Shown: piece by piece, positions 10,277-20,346 of the stretch | Layout: each line of letters opens with the position of its first letter | Position numbering within the stretch: the stretch's first letter is position 1 | Assembly (NCBI GenBank): GCA_965248445.1 | Contig: CBDFJG010000003.1 | Coordinates: 1,248,001-1,312,000 of the forward strand | Reading direction: 5' to 3' | DNA: 64,000 nt | Origin: Planctomycetota bacterium | GTDB taxonomy: Bacteria > Planctomycetota > JAJSAM01 > JAJVHW01 | Notes under the pieces: generated by a model | Databases searched by the model: none | Told to the model about the DNA's origin: nothing | The model's input: only the letters and a program-made list of their open reading frames with translations | Position numbers and translations under genes: made by a program

Positions 10277-11985
10277 TTCGAGTAGGTGTCGCGCGCGTCA
10301 TGGACCGCTTCCGCTTCGCGGCCGACGCGGAACAGGTCCTCGGCTGACTCAGCGGGGCCGGAGAGCACGACGACGACGCGCAGGCCGGAGACGTCGACGC
10401 CCGACACGGCGCCGTCCTCGCCGGTGAACCGGATCGACTTGCTGGATGCGTCCGACTTCTGACCCGTGACCCGCTTCCCGAGCAGGCCGCCATAGACCTT
10501 CGCGAACTCCATGGCGTCGTCGGCGGAGTCCCACATCGACGTCCAGACCACGCAGACGCGGTCGTTCGCACGATCGATCGACGCGACGTAGCGGTCGCCA
10601 TCCCAGCCTTCCACCGCCGACTTCATCGGCGCCTTGAAGCCGACGCCCTGCGTCTGCATGTCCATCATCGCCATCACCGACGGGATGCCCGTGTGGCCCC
10701 AGCGCAGCGACGTCAAGAGCAGGCCGGTGAAGAGTTCGCCCATGATGTCGTCGTCGAGAACTTCCCACCCGTCCCCGAGCACTCCGCCGACATCGGCGGC
10801 CGCGACGGCGTGCGGATAGTCCACGCCGTGGCGCTCGGGATGCAGCACCTGCTCCGTCGAGACCGGAGGGTTGGCGAAGACCGCGTCCACGGCGGATCCG
10901 CTCGTGGCGTCGATCTTCCGCAGATACGCGGAACCGTTCTTGTACGGATAGAAACCCATCGCCGCGATCAGGAACGCCGGCACCTGCACCATCATGCGCA
11001 TCTGCCGCTGCAGCAGTTCCGGGTTGTTCTTCTGCGCGGCCGTCATGGCCTCGACATCTTCCGGGTGCAGCTTGTGGTACTTGTCCTGGAACAGGTCCGC
11101 GGATCCCTCGATGAGCGCCTTGACGCCCATGCCGCCGTCCGAGTTCTCCTCGAACGCCTGCTGCATGAGATCGAGTCCGAAATGCTGGTCCTCGAGCGCA
11201 TGCACGAGTTCGTGGAACACGATCGGACGGTCGCCGGCGTCGTTCTTGCCTTCGATGAGATAGAAGGTCCCGGTGTCCGGTTTGTAGAACGCCGCGGCGC
11301 CCCCTTCGAGGAACTGCAGGAAGATGTCGTAGAGGTTCGTGCCCTTCGCAATCATGCCGAACTCGGACATGACGCGGACCATCGTCTCGGCCTCTTCCGG
11401 CGGCAGCTCGCGCTCCATGTCGCGCCGCAGGAACTTCGACACGTCCTCGCGGGCGATCAGTCGGCGCATGAACGGCCGCTTCCACTCCAGGCCTCGCAGT
11501 TCCTGCACCTCCTCGGCCATCGCGTCCGTCACCTCGCGCAGGTTCTGCAGCCGCGGGTCGTGCTGCTCGGCGATCGGCAACAGCTCATTGACCCAGTCGA
11601 TCAACTCGTCGCGGTGGCTCGCGACCTTGCCCTTGCGCTTCTCGAGCAGCTCGACCTGCTTCTCGAGCGCGCGGAACTTCTGACGTGTCTCCTTCGAACC
11701 GCTCTGGGCGGCGGCGAGCCTCTGCTCCGCCTCGTCCGCGTCGTCCCGTGCGGCCAGCACGGCCCGCCTCGTCGTCTCGATCTCACTGAGGCCGTCATGC
11801 ACCTTGGCGTTGAGGGCCGCGATCTTCTCGCTCTGGCGCGCCTTTTCTCCGTCCGCGCGATCAAGCTGCGCGGTGAGCGACTTCTGCTCTTCCTCAAGCC
11901 GCTTCAGCCGAGCGGCGTCACAGCCGGGGATCGTCAGAAGCGACGCGATGACAAGAGTCGTGAGAGCGAGCGGACGACGGTGCAT
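10273..11985 (-). CDS. Lipoprotein with N-terminal coiled coil and zincin-like (HELVHALEDQHF) domain
   Basis: Lipobox IPG-C; HExxH followed by ALIEGSA; PVSTEQVLHPE and GWDGDR motifs. Confidence 0.75.
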   Translation of the reverse strand: MHRRPLALTTLVIASLLTIPGCDAARLKRLEEEQKSLTAQLDRADGEKARQSEKIAALNAKVHDGLSEIETTRRAVLAARDDADEAEQRLAAAQSGSKETRQKFRALEKQVELLEKRKGKVASHRDELIDWVNELLPIAEQHDPRLQNLREVTDAMAEEVQELRGLEWKRPFMRRLIAREDVSKFLRRDMERELPPEEAETMVRVMSEFGMIAKGTNLYDIFLQFLEGGAAAFYKPDTGTFYLIEGKNDAGDRPIVFHELVHALEDQHFGLDLMQQAFEENSDGGMGVKALIEGSADLFQDKYHKLHPEDVEAMTAAQKNNPELLQRQMRMMVQVPAFLIAAMGFYPYKNGSAYLRKIDATSGSAVDAVFANPPVSTEQVLHPERHGVDYPHAVAAADVGGVLGDGWEVLDDDIMGELFTGLLLTSLRWGHTGIPSVMAMMDMQTQGVGFKAPMKSAVEGWDGDRYVASIDRANDRVCVVWTSMWDSADDAMEFAKVYGGLLGKRVTGQKSDASSKSIRFTGEDGAVSGVDVSGLRVVVVLSGPAESAEDLFRVGREAEAVHDARDTYSK

Positions 11986-12077
11986 GGCTTTCTCCGGGGT
12001 TCGAACGTCGGCGTCACGGTACTCGACGGAGCCACGAATTCTCGGACGGCGCACCACCGGGTCACGTACCCGACGAC

Positions 12078-12713
12078 CTACTCCGGAGGGTCGGCCGGCC
12101 CGGTCAGTTCCGCGGCGAGGACGCGGTGCCAACGCTGCTCCCATACCGTCACGCGGCGCACGTACGCGCGGGTCTCGGCGATCCGGATCCAGCTCACCAG
12201 GTCCTCGTAGCCTACGGGTGGCGGTGCGGCGGCGGTCCACTTCGAGACGTTGCCCTGGCCGGCGTTGTACGCGGCGAGCGCCAGCTCACGGACGCGGGGG
12301 TGCGACGCGTACCGGCGCCGCGCGCGCGCAAGGTAGCGCGAGCCGAGCCGCAGCGACGTGGTCGGATCCGTCCGGTCGGGCGGCGGCTCACGCCGCAGCG
12401 TCGCCATCTCTTCGGCGGTGGCGGGCATGAGTTGCATCAGCCCGACCGCACCCGCAGGGGAACGCGCCGTCGCGATACCCGAGCTCTCGACGCTCGCCAC
12501 GGCGAGGACGAGCGGCAGCGGCACGCCCTCGGCGGCCGCGCTCTCCCGAGCTTGCGGGACGAACTCGGAGAGGCGGTTGATGATCGTCTCGGGCGTGGCG
12601 ATCTCGCCGCGAGCGCGCACGACCACCGCGATGGTAAGGATGAGAGCGGGCGCAAGGAAGAAGAGGAGCGCTGGCGCCAGCCCCGGCGCTGCGACGGACG
12701 ACCCGCGGCTCAA
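12078..12713 (-). CDS. Membrane-anchored lytic transglycosylase (SLT domain)
   Basis: AVASVESSG, GAVGLMQLMPATA, LAAYNAGQGNV, ETRAYVRRV; TTG overlaps the upstream TGA. Confidence 0.9.
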   Translation of the reverse strand: MSRGSSVAAPGLAPALLFFLAPALILTIAVVVRARGEIATPETIINRLSEFVPQARESAAAEGVPLPLVLAVASVESSGIATARSPAGAVGLMQLMPATAEEMATLRREPPPDRTDPTTSLRLGSRYLARARRRYASHPRVRELALAAYNAGQGNVSKWTAAAPPPVGYEDLVSWIRIAETRAYVRRVTVWEQRWHRVLAAELTGPADPPE

Positions 12714-15700
12714 CGTTCGCCGCGCAGCTCGGTGACGACGCGCTTCCACGCCGACGCCATGCGCCGCGCTTCGCGATCGGACGTCCAGGGTTCCTGGTCG
12801 CCGACGTTCCGACCGGTCAGGTCGCGCAACGCGAGATCGCACGCACGACGGACCGACCAGCGCTCCGATGCGAGCCCTTCGAGCAGGACGGGGATCGCTT
12901 CGCGGCCGGCGCGACCGGCCTCCCAGTCGTCGAGGATCTCGTGCTGGATGTCCTCGGCGCGCAGCGCGTCGGCCAGCCAGCCGCGCGGTCCACGGTCACC
13001 CGACAACTCCCACCAGCCCTCGTAGAGCGACGCCAGCAAGTCCGTGTCACTCTGGTTGAACGTCTCGAGGGACAGCGACTCCAGGGCGCGCACGACGCGT
13101 GTCGTGCGGCGTCCCTTGCGGAGCATCTCGAGCAGCCGCGGGACCGACCCCTCGTCGCGCCAGTCGGCCAGCGCCAGCGCGGCGGCGTCGCCCACCAGCG
13201 CGGACGGGTCGTCGACCATGCGGCGCAGATCCTCGGAGGCCTCGCTGCCGCGCAACTGGGCCAAACTCGTCAACGCACGTGCGCGGGGCCCTTCGGGCTG
13301 CGCGGGATCCACAGCGAGCTGGCGCAGAGCGTCTGCAGCGCGGCGCGTGCCGACGCGTCGAATCGCGGACGACGCGACCTCGCGCACCAGGGCGGAGGGA
13401 TCGCCGCTCATCGCGAACACGATCGCGGAGAGACCCTCGGGCTCGCCGCACTCGGCGAACGCGTCGATCGCCGCGACGCGCAGGCGCGGCAGGTCACTGG
13501 CGAACGCGCCCATGATCACAGGCAGCGCTTGCTTGCCGCCGAGGTGACCGAGCGCGTCGATCGCGGGGATGCGGAGCTCGCCCGGCTGTCCTGCGAGTTC
13601 CTGCAACTGTGTCCGCGCTTCCTCGACCCGCAGTCGACCGAGTGCACGCACGGCCTCAGCGCGCACGTCTTCGTGCGAGTCCTCGAGCTTGGCGAACGCA
13701 GCGGTCGCGCCGTCGCCCTTCAGCACGCCTGCACGCAGAGAGGCCGTGGCGGCCACGCGAACTTCATGACGCTCGTGCTTCAGGCCCGCCACGAGCTGTT
13801 CGTCGCTCGCGCTCTGGTAGACCAGCAGCAGGAGTTCGTCGCGGTGCACCGACGGACGCGAGAGAACAAAGTCGATCAGCAACGGCTGCGCTTCGGGCTT
13901 TCGCGAACTCGCGAGCACTCGCACGATCCCACGTGCCACGTCGTCCGCATCGTCGCGCAGACCGAGCAGCGCGAGCAGGCGATCCGTGTGACGGTTCTGG
14001 ATCGCGCCGCCGAGATCGGCCATCTCCGTGAGGCGGTTCAGGGACGAGATGAGGAAGTCGTCGCCTCGCGCCATGTCCAGCGAGTCGATGATCAGGGCGG
14101 CCAATGCGGCCTCGCGCTCGGCGGGCTCGCGCTCGGCGGAGAATGCGGGCGACATCGCCTCGACGAACGCATCGGGATCGACGGCGGACGGGCGGTAGCG
14201 CTGCCAGCCGTGCCGGGCGCGCAGCGCCGCAACCGTCGCGATCAACTCGTCGCCGCTGTCGCCGAGTTCGTCGACGTACAGGCCGATGCGCCGTTCGCGG
14301 TTGCCCGTGCGGACGCCGACCTGCAGCGGTGCACGCCGGGGCGCGCCGCGTGTGCCGCGTTCGGCGTCGCGCAGAACGCCGGAGTCGTTGAGGAGCCGAG
14401 CGAGCGTCGCGGCCTCGGACGCGTCGATCACGATCGAGAGGTCACCGGGCAGCACCGAACGGAGCGCACTCCCGGAGGCCGCCATCACCGTGGTCTCGCC
14501 CCCTGGCGCGTCGTCGCCGCCGATGGAGAGAACCATCTGGCCGGCTGCTTCCGCCGGCACACCGGCGAGGACGCGGTGCGCCTCGAAGCCGCCGCTGTGC
14601 TGCTGCCACCACGTTGCCCACTCTCGCGCTCCGCCGAGCGAGTAGTTGCCCGACAGACGTCGCAGGCGCGTGACGATGAGCGGGCCGAGCACCTTCATGT
14701 CCGGCCAGAACTCCGGATCGACGTACGCGTCGAGAAGTCCGGGCAGGACACGTTTGTCCAGCGCCGACTCGAGCGACTCGACCTCGTGGAAGTACCCCGC
14801 GTCGGCGAGCGCCAGCGCGGCGGCGGCGCGGTTCAGACGCTCGAGGTGGTCGAGTCCTCGACCACCGAGCAGCGCGCGTACGTCCGACGGCCGCAACAGG
14901 TACTGGCCCGTTCGCTCCGCCCGCATGCTGATGCCCACGAACGCGTACCCCATCTGGCGATCCAGTGGGGAGATCGCCGCGCGACGAAGCATGGCGAGAG
15001 CCTCGTCGGAGTCGTCCGCGGAGAGCGATTGTGCCGCTGCGAAACAGACCGTCGGGTGCTTGTCCCGCAGCGCCGCCGCGAAGTCGGCGCGGGCGTTCTC
15101 GGCGTCGGCCTCCCGCATCAGCTCGAGTGACGCCGCGCGCGCGGCCGTGCCGCCGATCTCGAAGATCTCCCGAAGTCCGTCGAGATCCGCTGCGTCGACG
15201 CGCTTCTTCAGACGCTCGCCGGCTTCTTCGACGACGGCCGACGCGGGGTGCAGCAGATGCGCCGTCAGCCGCGCTTTCGCGCCGATCGGATCGATCTTCA
15301 CGAGCGCGTTGAGCAACTCGGACGCATGCTGGAACATCTTCCGGTCCTGGATCTTCGACTCGATGAGCTCCAGCGCGCGCAGGTCGCCGATGCGGCCGAG
15401 CGTGGCCGCAGCTCCGGAGATCATGCGCCAGTCGTGTCCGCGTTCGAGCATCGTGCGTTCGAGGAGCGGCAGAGCAACGCTGGGTTGCGCGGCGAGACGG
15501 ATCGAAGCTTGCCGCGCATCAGCGGAGGGCCACTCGGCGAGTTGACGCACGAGCAGTTCCGGCTCGTTGCGCTTCGGCAACTCCGGCGCGTCGTCGCCGC
15601 CGCCGACGTCACCGCCGTCGTCCCGTTCGTCATCGCCGAGGTCACCGAACCTGACGCGCGAACGGCCGGGCTTCCGGCGGCCGGGACGGCGCAGACCGGG

Positions 15701-15937
15701 TTCCTTGTCGCGCGGCGGATCGCCGGTGTCCTGGGCCAGCGCTTCGGGTGCCGTCAGTGGCAACTCCCCGAACACCAGGCCTGCGAACAGCAGCGCCACG
15801 GTCACCACGCCGGTCGCGGGGGCACGCAAGGTGAGCGGTCTGAACAGACCGCGAATCCGTCGCTCGTCGTGCATGCCCAACAGTCTCCTGATCACCGATG
15901 CCCCACTCTTGAACCGGCCCATCTCTTGAACCGGCAA
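12710..15937 (-). CDS. Large secreted HEAT/PBS-lyase-repeat protein (start uncertain, ATG near 15875 possible)
   Basis: Signal-like hydrophobic stretch ending ALAQD; repeated VRAEAVRALGRL / LRIPAIDALGHL / LRVAAIDAF units. Confidence 0.75.
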   Translation of the reverse strand: MPVQEMGRFKSGASVIRRLLGMHDERRIRGLFRPLTLRAPATGVVTVALLFAGLVFGELPLTAPEALAQDTGDPPRDKEPGLRRPGRRKPGRSRVRFGDLGDDERDDGGDVGGGDDAPELPKRNEPELLVRQLAEWPSADARQASIRLAAQPSVALPLLERTMLERGHDWRMISGAAATLGRIGDLRALELIESKIQDRKMFQHASELLNALVKIDPIGAKARLTAHLLHPASAVVEEAGERLKKRVDAADLDGLREIFEIGGTAARAASLELMREADAENARADFAAALRDKHPTVCFAAAQSLSADDSDEALAMLRRAAISPLDRQMGYAFVGISMRAERTGQYLLRPSDVRALLGGRGLDHLERLNRAAAALALADAGYFHEVESLESALDKRVLPGLLDAYVDPEFWPDMKVLGPLIVTRLRRLSGNYSLGGAREWATWWQQHSGGFEAHRVLAGVPAEAAGQMVLSIGGDDAPGGETTVMAASGSALRSVLPGDLSIVIDASEAATLARLLNDSGVLRDAERGTRGAPRRAPLQVGVRTGNRERRIGLYVDELGDSGDELIATVAALRARHGWQRYRPSAVDPDAFVEAMSPAFSAEREPAEREAALAALIIDSLDMARGDDFLISSLNRLTEMADLGGAIQNRHTDRLLALLGLRDDADDVARGIVRVLASSRKPEAQPLLIDFVLSRPSVHRDELLLLVYQSASDEQLVAGLKHERHEVRVAATASLRAGVLKGDGATAAFAKLEDSHEDVRAEAVRALGRLRVEEARTQLQELAGQPGELRIPAIDALGHLGGKQALPVIMGAFASDLPRLRVAAIDAFAECGEPEGLSAIVFAMSGDPSALVREVASSAIRRVGTRRAADALRQLAVDPAQPEGPRARALTSLAQLRGSEASEDLRRMVDDPSALVGDAAALALADWRDEGSVPRLLEMLRKGRRTTRVVRALESLSLETFNQSDTDLLASLYEGWWELSGDRGPRGWLADALRAEDIQHEILDDWEAGRAGREAIPVLLEGLASERWSVRRACDLALRDLTGRNVGDQEPWTSDREARRMASAWKRVVTELRGER
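15901..15934. repeat. Imperfect 17-bp tandem repeat
   Basis: CCCCACTCTTGAACCGG CCCATCTCTTGAACCGG (15/17). Confidence 0.7.
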
Positions 15938-16060
15938 CGTGGACTTCCGGTCTCCTCCGGCGCGCTAAGGCGGCCCCGGGGGCGGACGAACCGCGCAGTC
16001 TACACTGGAGTTCCCCCGGTTCGGTGGACACCCGACCACTGAGGTTGGGAGGATGTCCAG

Positions 16061-16375
16061 ATGCCCAGATCGAGACCACCGTACGACGAGGAGTACAAGC
16101 GCCAGATCGTCGAGTTGCACCGCGCCGGCCGGAGCGTGATGAGCCTGTGCCGCGAGTTCGAGCCGACGGAGATGACGATCCGCAAGTGGATCAAGCAGGC
16201 CGCGCTGGACGCCGGAGAGCGTGACGACGGCTTGACCACCGCGGAGCGCGATGAGCTGCGCAAGCTCAGACGAGATGTGCGCCGGCTGCGCGAGGAGCGC
16301 GACATCTTGAAAAAAGCCGCGGCCTGGTTCGCTCGGGAGACGCGCTCGATCCCAGAGAAGGGTTCGGGTTCGTGA
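16061..16375 (+). CDS. IS3 transposase OrfA (HTH)
   Basis: YDEEYKRQIVEL...ELRKLRRDVRRLREERDILKKAAAWFA; A6G slippery site at 16310-16316. Confidence 0.92.
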   Translation: MPRSRPPYDEEYKRQIVELHRAGRSVMSLCREFEPTEMTIRKWIKQAALDAGERDDGLTTAERDELRKLRRDVRRLREERDILKKAAAWFARETRSIPEKGSGS

Positions 16376-17236
16376 GCGATCACCAGGCAGAGCACGACGT
16401 GGCCACCATGTGTCGGGTCCTCGGCGTCTCGAGGAGCGGGTACTACGCATCGCGCGGCCGTGCGCCCTCGAAGAGAGATCGCGAGGACGCTGCCCTGACC
16501 GAGCGCGTCCGCGAGATCCACGAGCGCTCTCGCCAGACGTACGGATCACCGCGCATCCATGCCGAGCTGCGCTACGAGGGCCTCCACATCGGTAGGAAGC
16601 GCGTCGAGCGCCTCATGCGCCAGGCTGGGATCGAGGGCGTGAGCCGCCGCAAGAGAGCCAAGACCACGAAGCGCTCGCAGCGTCAGGCGCCGGCCGCCGA
16701 CCTGGTCGATCGCGACTTCACGGCCGACGCACCCGATCAGCTCTGGGTGGCCGACATCACGTACGTGCCGACCTGGACGGGGTTCCTGTACCTGGCGGTC
16801 GTCCTCGACGTCTGGAGCCGCCGGATCGTCGGCTGGTCCATGGCCACGACGCTCCACACCAAGATCGTGCTGGACGCACTCGAGATGGCCGTGCGCCAGC
16901 GCCAGCCCCTCGGAGTCGTCCACCACTCCGACCAGGGCTGCCAGTACACGTCGCTCGCCTTCGGGCGGCGCTGCAGAGAAGCGGGCGTCAGGCCGTCCAT
17001 GGGATCGGTCGGAGACGCCTACGACAACGCCATGTGCGAGAGCTTCTTCGCCACGCTCGAGACCGAGTTGATCGACCGCACCAGCTTTTCGACCAAGTCC
17101 GCAGTCCGCAGCGCGGTTGGCGGTGTTCGACTTCATCGAGGGCTTCTACAATCCGCAGCGGCGACACTCCTCCATCGAGGACCTGTCGCCCATCGAGTTC
17201 GAGAGGCGGCGACGGCCGGAGGCCGCCGTATCATAG
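16372..17236 (+). pseudogene. IS3 transposase OrfB (DDE), C-terminus frameshifted by a 7-bp duplication
   Basis: YGSPRIHAEL, WVADITY, HHSDQGCQY, DNAMCESFF; the conserved tail AVFDFIEGFYNPQRRHS is in another frame. Confidence 0.85.
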
Positions 17237-17315
17237 TCCCCGGGTGTCCACCGAACCGGGGGAACTCCACACCGCGCCAGATCGCCGGCTGCCCACATGG
17301 CCTACCTCGACCTAG

Positions 17316-18984
17316 CCCGAATCGTTCACCAGCCGGGAATCTGAGCGGGCCGTCGTCTGTCTAAGTGCTCGTACTCGCTAGTACTTGCACCGACAGGAGC
17401 GCCGGCCCGATGACGACAGACTGTAGCCCGCAGGGGACCCTCTTCGCGGGCATCTGTGGACGCACCGCGGTGACGCGCTTCGACGCCGGTACCGTGACGA
17501 GCGACGGGGGCGTGCTGCTGCTCGAGCGGGTCGATCGTCGCATCGATCTGCTCTCGCGGTTTGCGCGCTGCTTCGGGGACCACCGGGACCCGCGTCGGGT
17601 CGAGCACACGGTCGGCCAGATGCTGCGTCAGCGGGTCTTCGGGCTGTGCGCGGGCTACGAGGATCTGGTGGACCACGACCATGTCGGCAAGGACCCGCTG
17701 TTTGCCGCGGCGTGCGGCAAGCGCGAGGGTGCTCTGGCCACGCACCCGACGCTCTCGCGGCTCGAGACCACGCAGCTCGGCGCCACGGCACAGACGCGCT
17801 ACGCCAAGATCGAGATGGACCAGGAGCGCGTGGACAGCGTGCTCAGCGACGTCTTCTGCGAGGCCATGGGGCCGGAGGATCCGGGCCTGCTCGTGCTGGA
17901 CCTGGACCACTCCGACGTGCGGCTGCACGGCCGGCAGGAGGGCCGCTTCTTCCACGGCTACTACGGGCACTACTGCTACCTGCCGCTGTACGTCTTCTGC
18001 GGCGAGCACCTCTTGCTCGCTCGGCTCCAGACCGCTGACAGAGATCCCGCGCGCGGAGTCGTGGACGAGCTCCGTGCGCTGGTCTTACGTCTGCGGCGCC
18101 GCTGGCCCCGGGCCAAGGTGCTCGTGCGCGCAGACTCGGGCTTTTGCCGCGAGGAGCTGATGGCCTGGTGCGAGGCCGCCGGCCACTTCTACCTGCTGGG
18201 CATGGCGCGCAATGAGCGCCTTGAGCGACACGTCGAAGACGCGCTCGATGAGGCCGCAGCCCGTGCCGTGCAGACCGGCCGAGCAGCCCGGGTCTTTCGC
18301 GACTTTGCCTGGACCACGCTGGGGAGCTGGAGCCAGAGGCGTCGCGTGGTCGCCAAGGCCGAGCACCTGCCGGGCGGCAAGCGCAATCCCCGCTTCGTGG
18401 TGACCAATCTGCCGCCTCGTAGCTGGAGCAGCAAGCGTCTCTACGAGCAGCTCTACTGCGCCCGGGGCGAGGCGGAGAATCGCATCAAGGAGCAGCAGCT
18501 CGAGCTCTTCGGCACCCGTCTGTCGGTGCACACGATGCAGGGCAACGCCGTGCGGATGGCCATGTCGGCCATGGCCTACGTCCTGACCTGTGCGCTGCGA
18601 CGCATCGGTCTCGCCGGCACCGAGATGGCGCGTGCGCAAGCCGGCACGATCCGCCTGCGGCTGCTCAAGATCGGCGCGCTCGTGCGGATCACGACGCGCC
18701 GGATCTGGGTCTCGATGTCCTCGTCGTGGCCCTGGCAGCACGTCTTCGAGCGCTGCGCGCAACGACTGCTGGCATCCCCGAAGCCGACCTGACGTCCCGC
18801 CGCGCCGTCCGCCACACCACCGCCCGGCCTACGGTCTGCCCACACCGCAGAATCCGCGCCGTTTCGGCCGCTCACTCGCGTTGCCCTTGTGGCAACGACG
18901 ACAGCATCCGCCCTCGCCTGGCCAAGATCTGACCCTGTGGACTCCGAAAGCACCGTCATCGCGACGTCTCGTGAACAGATGCGG
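17316..18984 (+). mobile_element. IS1380-family insertion sequence, 1669 bp
   Basis: Imperfect TIRs CCCGAATCGTTCACCAG / CTCGTGAACAGATGCGG with CC..GG ends, flanked by CTAG on both sides (17312-17315, 18985-18988). Confidence 0.88.
17410..18792 (+). CDS. IS1380-family DDE transposase (intact)
   Basis: FDAGTVTSDGG, GYEDLVDHD, HGRQEGRFFHGYYGHYCYLPL, RADSGF, YCARGEAENRIKE. Confidence 0.95.
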   Translation: MTTDCSPQGTLFAGICGRTAVTRFDAGTVTSDGGVLLLERVDRRIDLLSRFARCFGDHRDPRRVEHTVGQMLRQRVFGLCAGYEDLVDHDHVGKDPLFAAACGKREGALATHPTLSRLETTQLGATAQTRYAKIEMDQERVDSVLSDVFCEAMGPEDPGLLVLDLDHSDVRLHGRQEGRFFHGYYGHYCYLPLYVFCGEHLLLARLQTADRDPARGVVDELRALVLRLRRRWPRAKVLVRADSGFCREELMAWCEAAGHFYLLGMARNERLERHVEDALDEAAARAVQTGRAARVFRDFAWTTLGSWSQRRRVVAKAEHLPGGKRNPRFVVTNLPPRSWSSKRLYEQLYCARGEAENRIKEQQLELFGTRLSVHTMQGNAVRMAMSAMAYVLTCALRRIGLAGTEMARAQAGTIRLRLLKIGALVRITTRRIWVSMSSSWPWQHVFERCAQRLLASPKPT

Positions 18985-19937
18985 CTAGAAGGGCAGCGGG
19001 CTTGCAGGCTCGTCGGCGTAGACCTGTTCGTACGTGCGCGGCGGCGTCTTCGCCGCGATGCCGAGGACCGTCTGGAACGCTGCCTGCGGCGTGCGTCTCC
19101 TGTTGAACCGGAACGTGAACTCGTCGAGATACCGCTGCAGGTGCTTCTTCGAGACCCGGCCGTGGTGCGTGCCTACGAGCCAGGTCTCTTGAGGTTGGAG
19201 AAGACCAGGTGCAGGTGCCTCAGGACGTCCGCCTGCGCCGCGCCCATCATCGTGGACTCGATCCCGTGCTCGTAGCCGAGTTTCTCGACTGCGTCGTAGG
19301 TCTCGTGGCCGTCGGTCACGACGAGCGCCCCACGCTCGATGCTGTCCTTGACGAACGCCAGCAGGTGCGGCTTCGATGAGGCCGGCACGTGGCGCAGCCG
19401 GATGCGTCCGGGCTGTGTACCTCTCTTCGTCGGACGCACCTCGACCGCGCCGACCACGACGGCCTTGTCTGCCGCGGTGCGCTCCTCTCGGCCTCGAAAC
19501 GGCGCTCCGATCAGCGCCTCGTCGACCTCGACGACGCCGAACAACTGCGCGCGCTCCGGCGCGACCATCGCAGATCGCAGTTTCTGGAGCATCTGGTACG
19601 CGGTCTCGTAGCGGGTCAGACCGAGCTGTCGCTGGAGTGCGAGCGCAGAGACGCCCCGCTTGTCCGTCGTCATCAAGTACGCGGCCCACATCCAGGACTT
19701 CAGCGGCAGCCGGCTGCGATGCAGCACTGTGCCCGCGGTGACCGACGTGATCAGGTCGCAGCCCACGCACCGCATCGCTCTTCGATCTGGACGGGGCCAG
19801 TACTTCTTGCCGCCGCACCGGCGGCAGCGGAACCCGTCGGGCCAACGACACTGCACGAGGTACTCGAGGCACTGCTCTTCCGTCGCGAACTGCTCCGTGA
19901 ACTCCACGATGTTGCGAGGGTAGCCCGGCTTCGGCAT
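18985..19937 (-). pseudogene. IS1595-family transposase, frameshifted by a 2-bp (AG) insertion near 19187
   Basis: Zn ribbon CRRC..CVGC, TAGTVLH, VEVDEA, VTDG; FSNLK then TWLVGTHHG..KHLQRYLDEFTFRFNRR continues in another frame. Confidence 0.88.
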
Positions 19938-19988
19938 GCGTCCGAGACACTACCCCTTGGGGTCACGGTCGTCAACCGGATATGCATG
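18985..19988 (-). mobile_element. IS1595-family element; only the left end found
   Basis: Minus-strand end CATGCATATCCGGTTGAC at 19988 abuts the truncated pspA; no matching right end seen. Confidence 0.7.
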
Positions 19989-20229
19989 CCTTCAGGTGGG
20001 CGGTGATCTTCGCCTTCAGCTCATCGTGCAGCTTCTGCTGCTTCTTCTGCTGGGTGATGATCCTCTCGACGAGCGCGGCGTGCGACGCGAGGCCGCGGTT
20101 GTACTGAGAGATCTGCCTGCGCAGGTTCTCCTTCTCGAGTTCGAGCAGCGCCTCGGGGCTCTTCTTCTCGAGCCCTCCGACGAACAGGGCGAAGAAGCCC
20201 TTGATGAGGTTTCCGAGTCGCTTGAACAT
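19989..20229 (-). pseudogene. PspA/IM30-family gene, 5' fragment cut by IS1595
   Basis: MFKRLGNLIKGFFALFVGGLEKKSPEALLELEKENLRRQISQYNRGLASHAAL... amphipathic N-terminus and coiled coil, broken after about 80 aa. Confidence 0.8.
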
Positions 20230-20346
20230 GCCCGTCTCCCTGAGTGCGCCGCGGCCCGAAAAGGGGGCGCGGCCGGACACTCTACGAGCCCGCCGCTCCC
20301 GTTCGAAAGGGGGAACCGCCAGGCTCGGACGGGGGTTCGGTCGAGG

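Larger units (their letters stand above)
16006..17269 (+). mobile_element. IS3-family insertion sequence, 1264 bp
   Basis: Perfect 29-bp TIRs TGGAGTTCCCCCGGTTCGGTGGACACCCG (16006-16034, 17241-17269); 3-bp target duplication CAC. Confidence 0.95.

Noticed and set aside
9960..10347. Small ORFs in the spacer after rho
   Set aside because: No protein-like features; the inverted-repeat element explains the region
15933..15957. GGCAACGTGGACTTCCGGTC as the IS1595 right end
   Set aside because: Weak similarity and no matching target duplication
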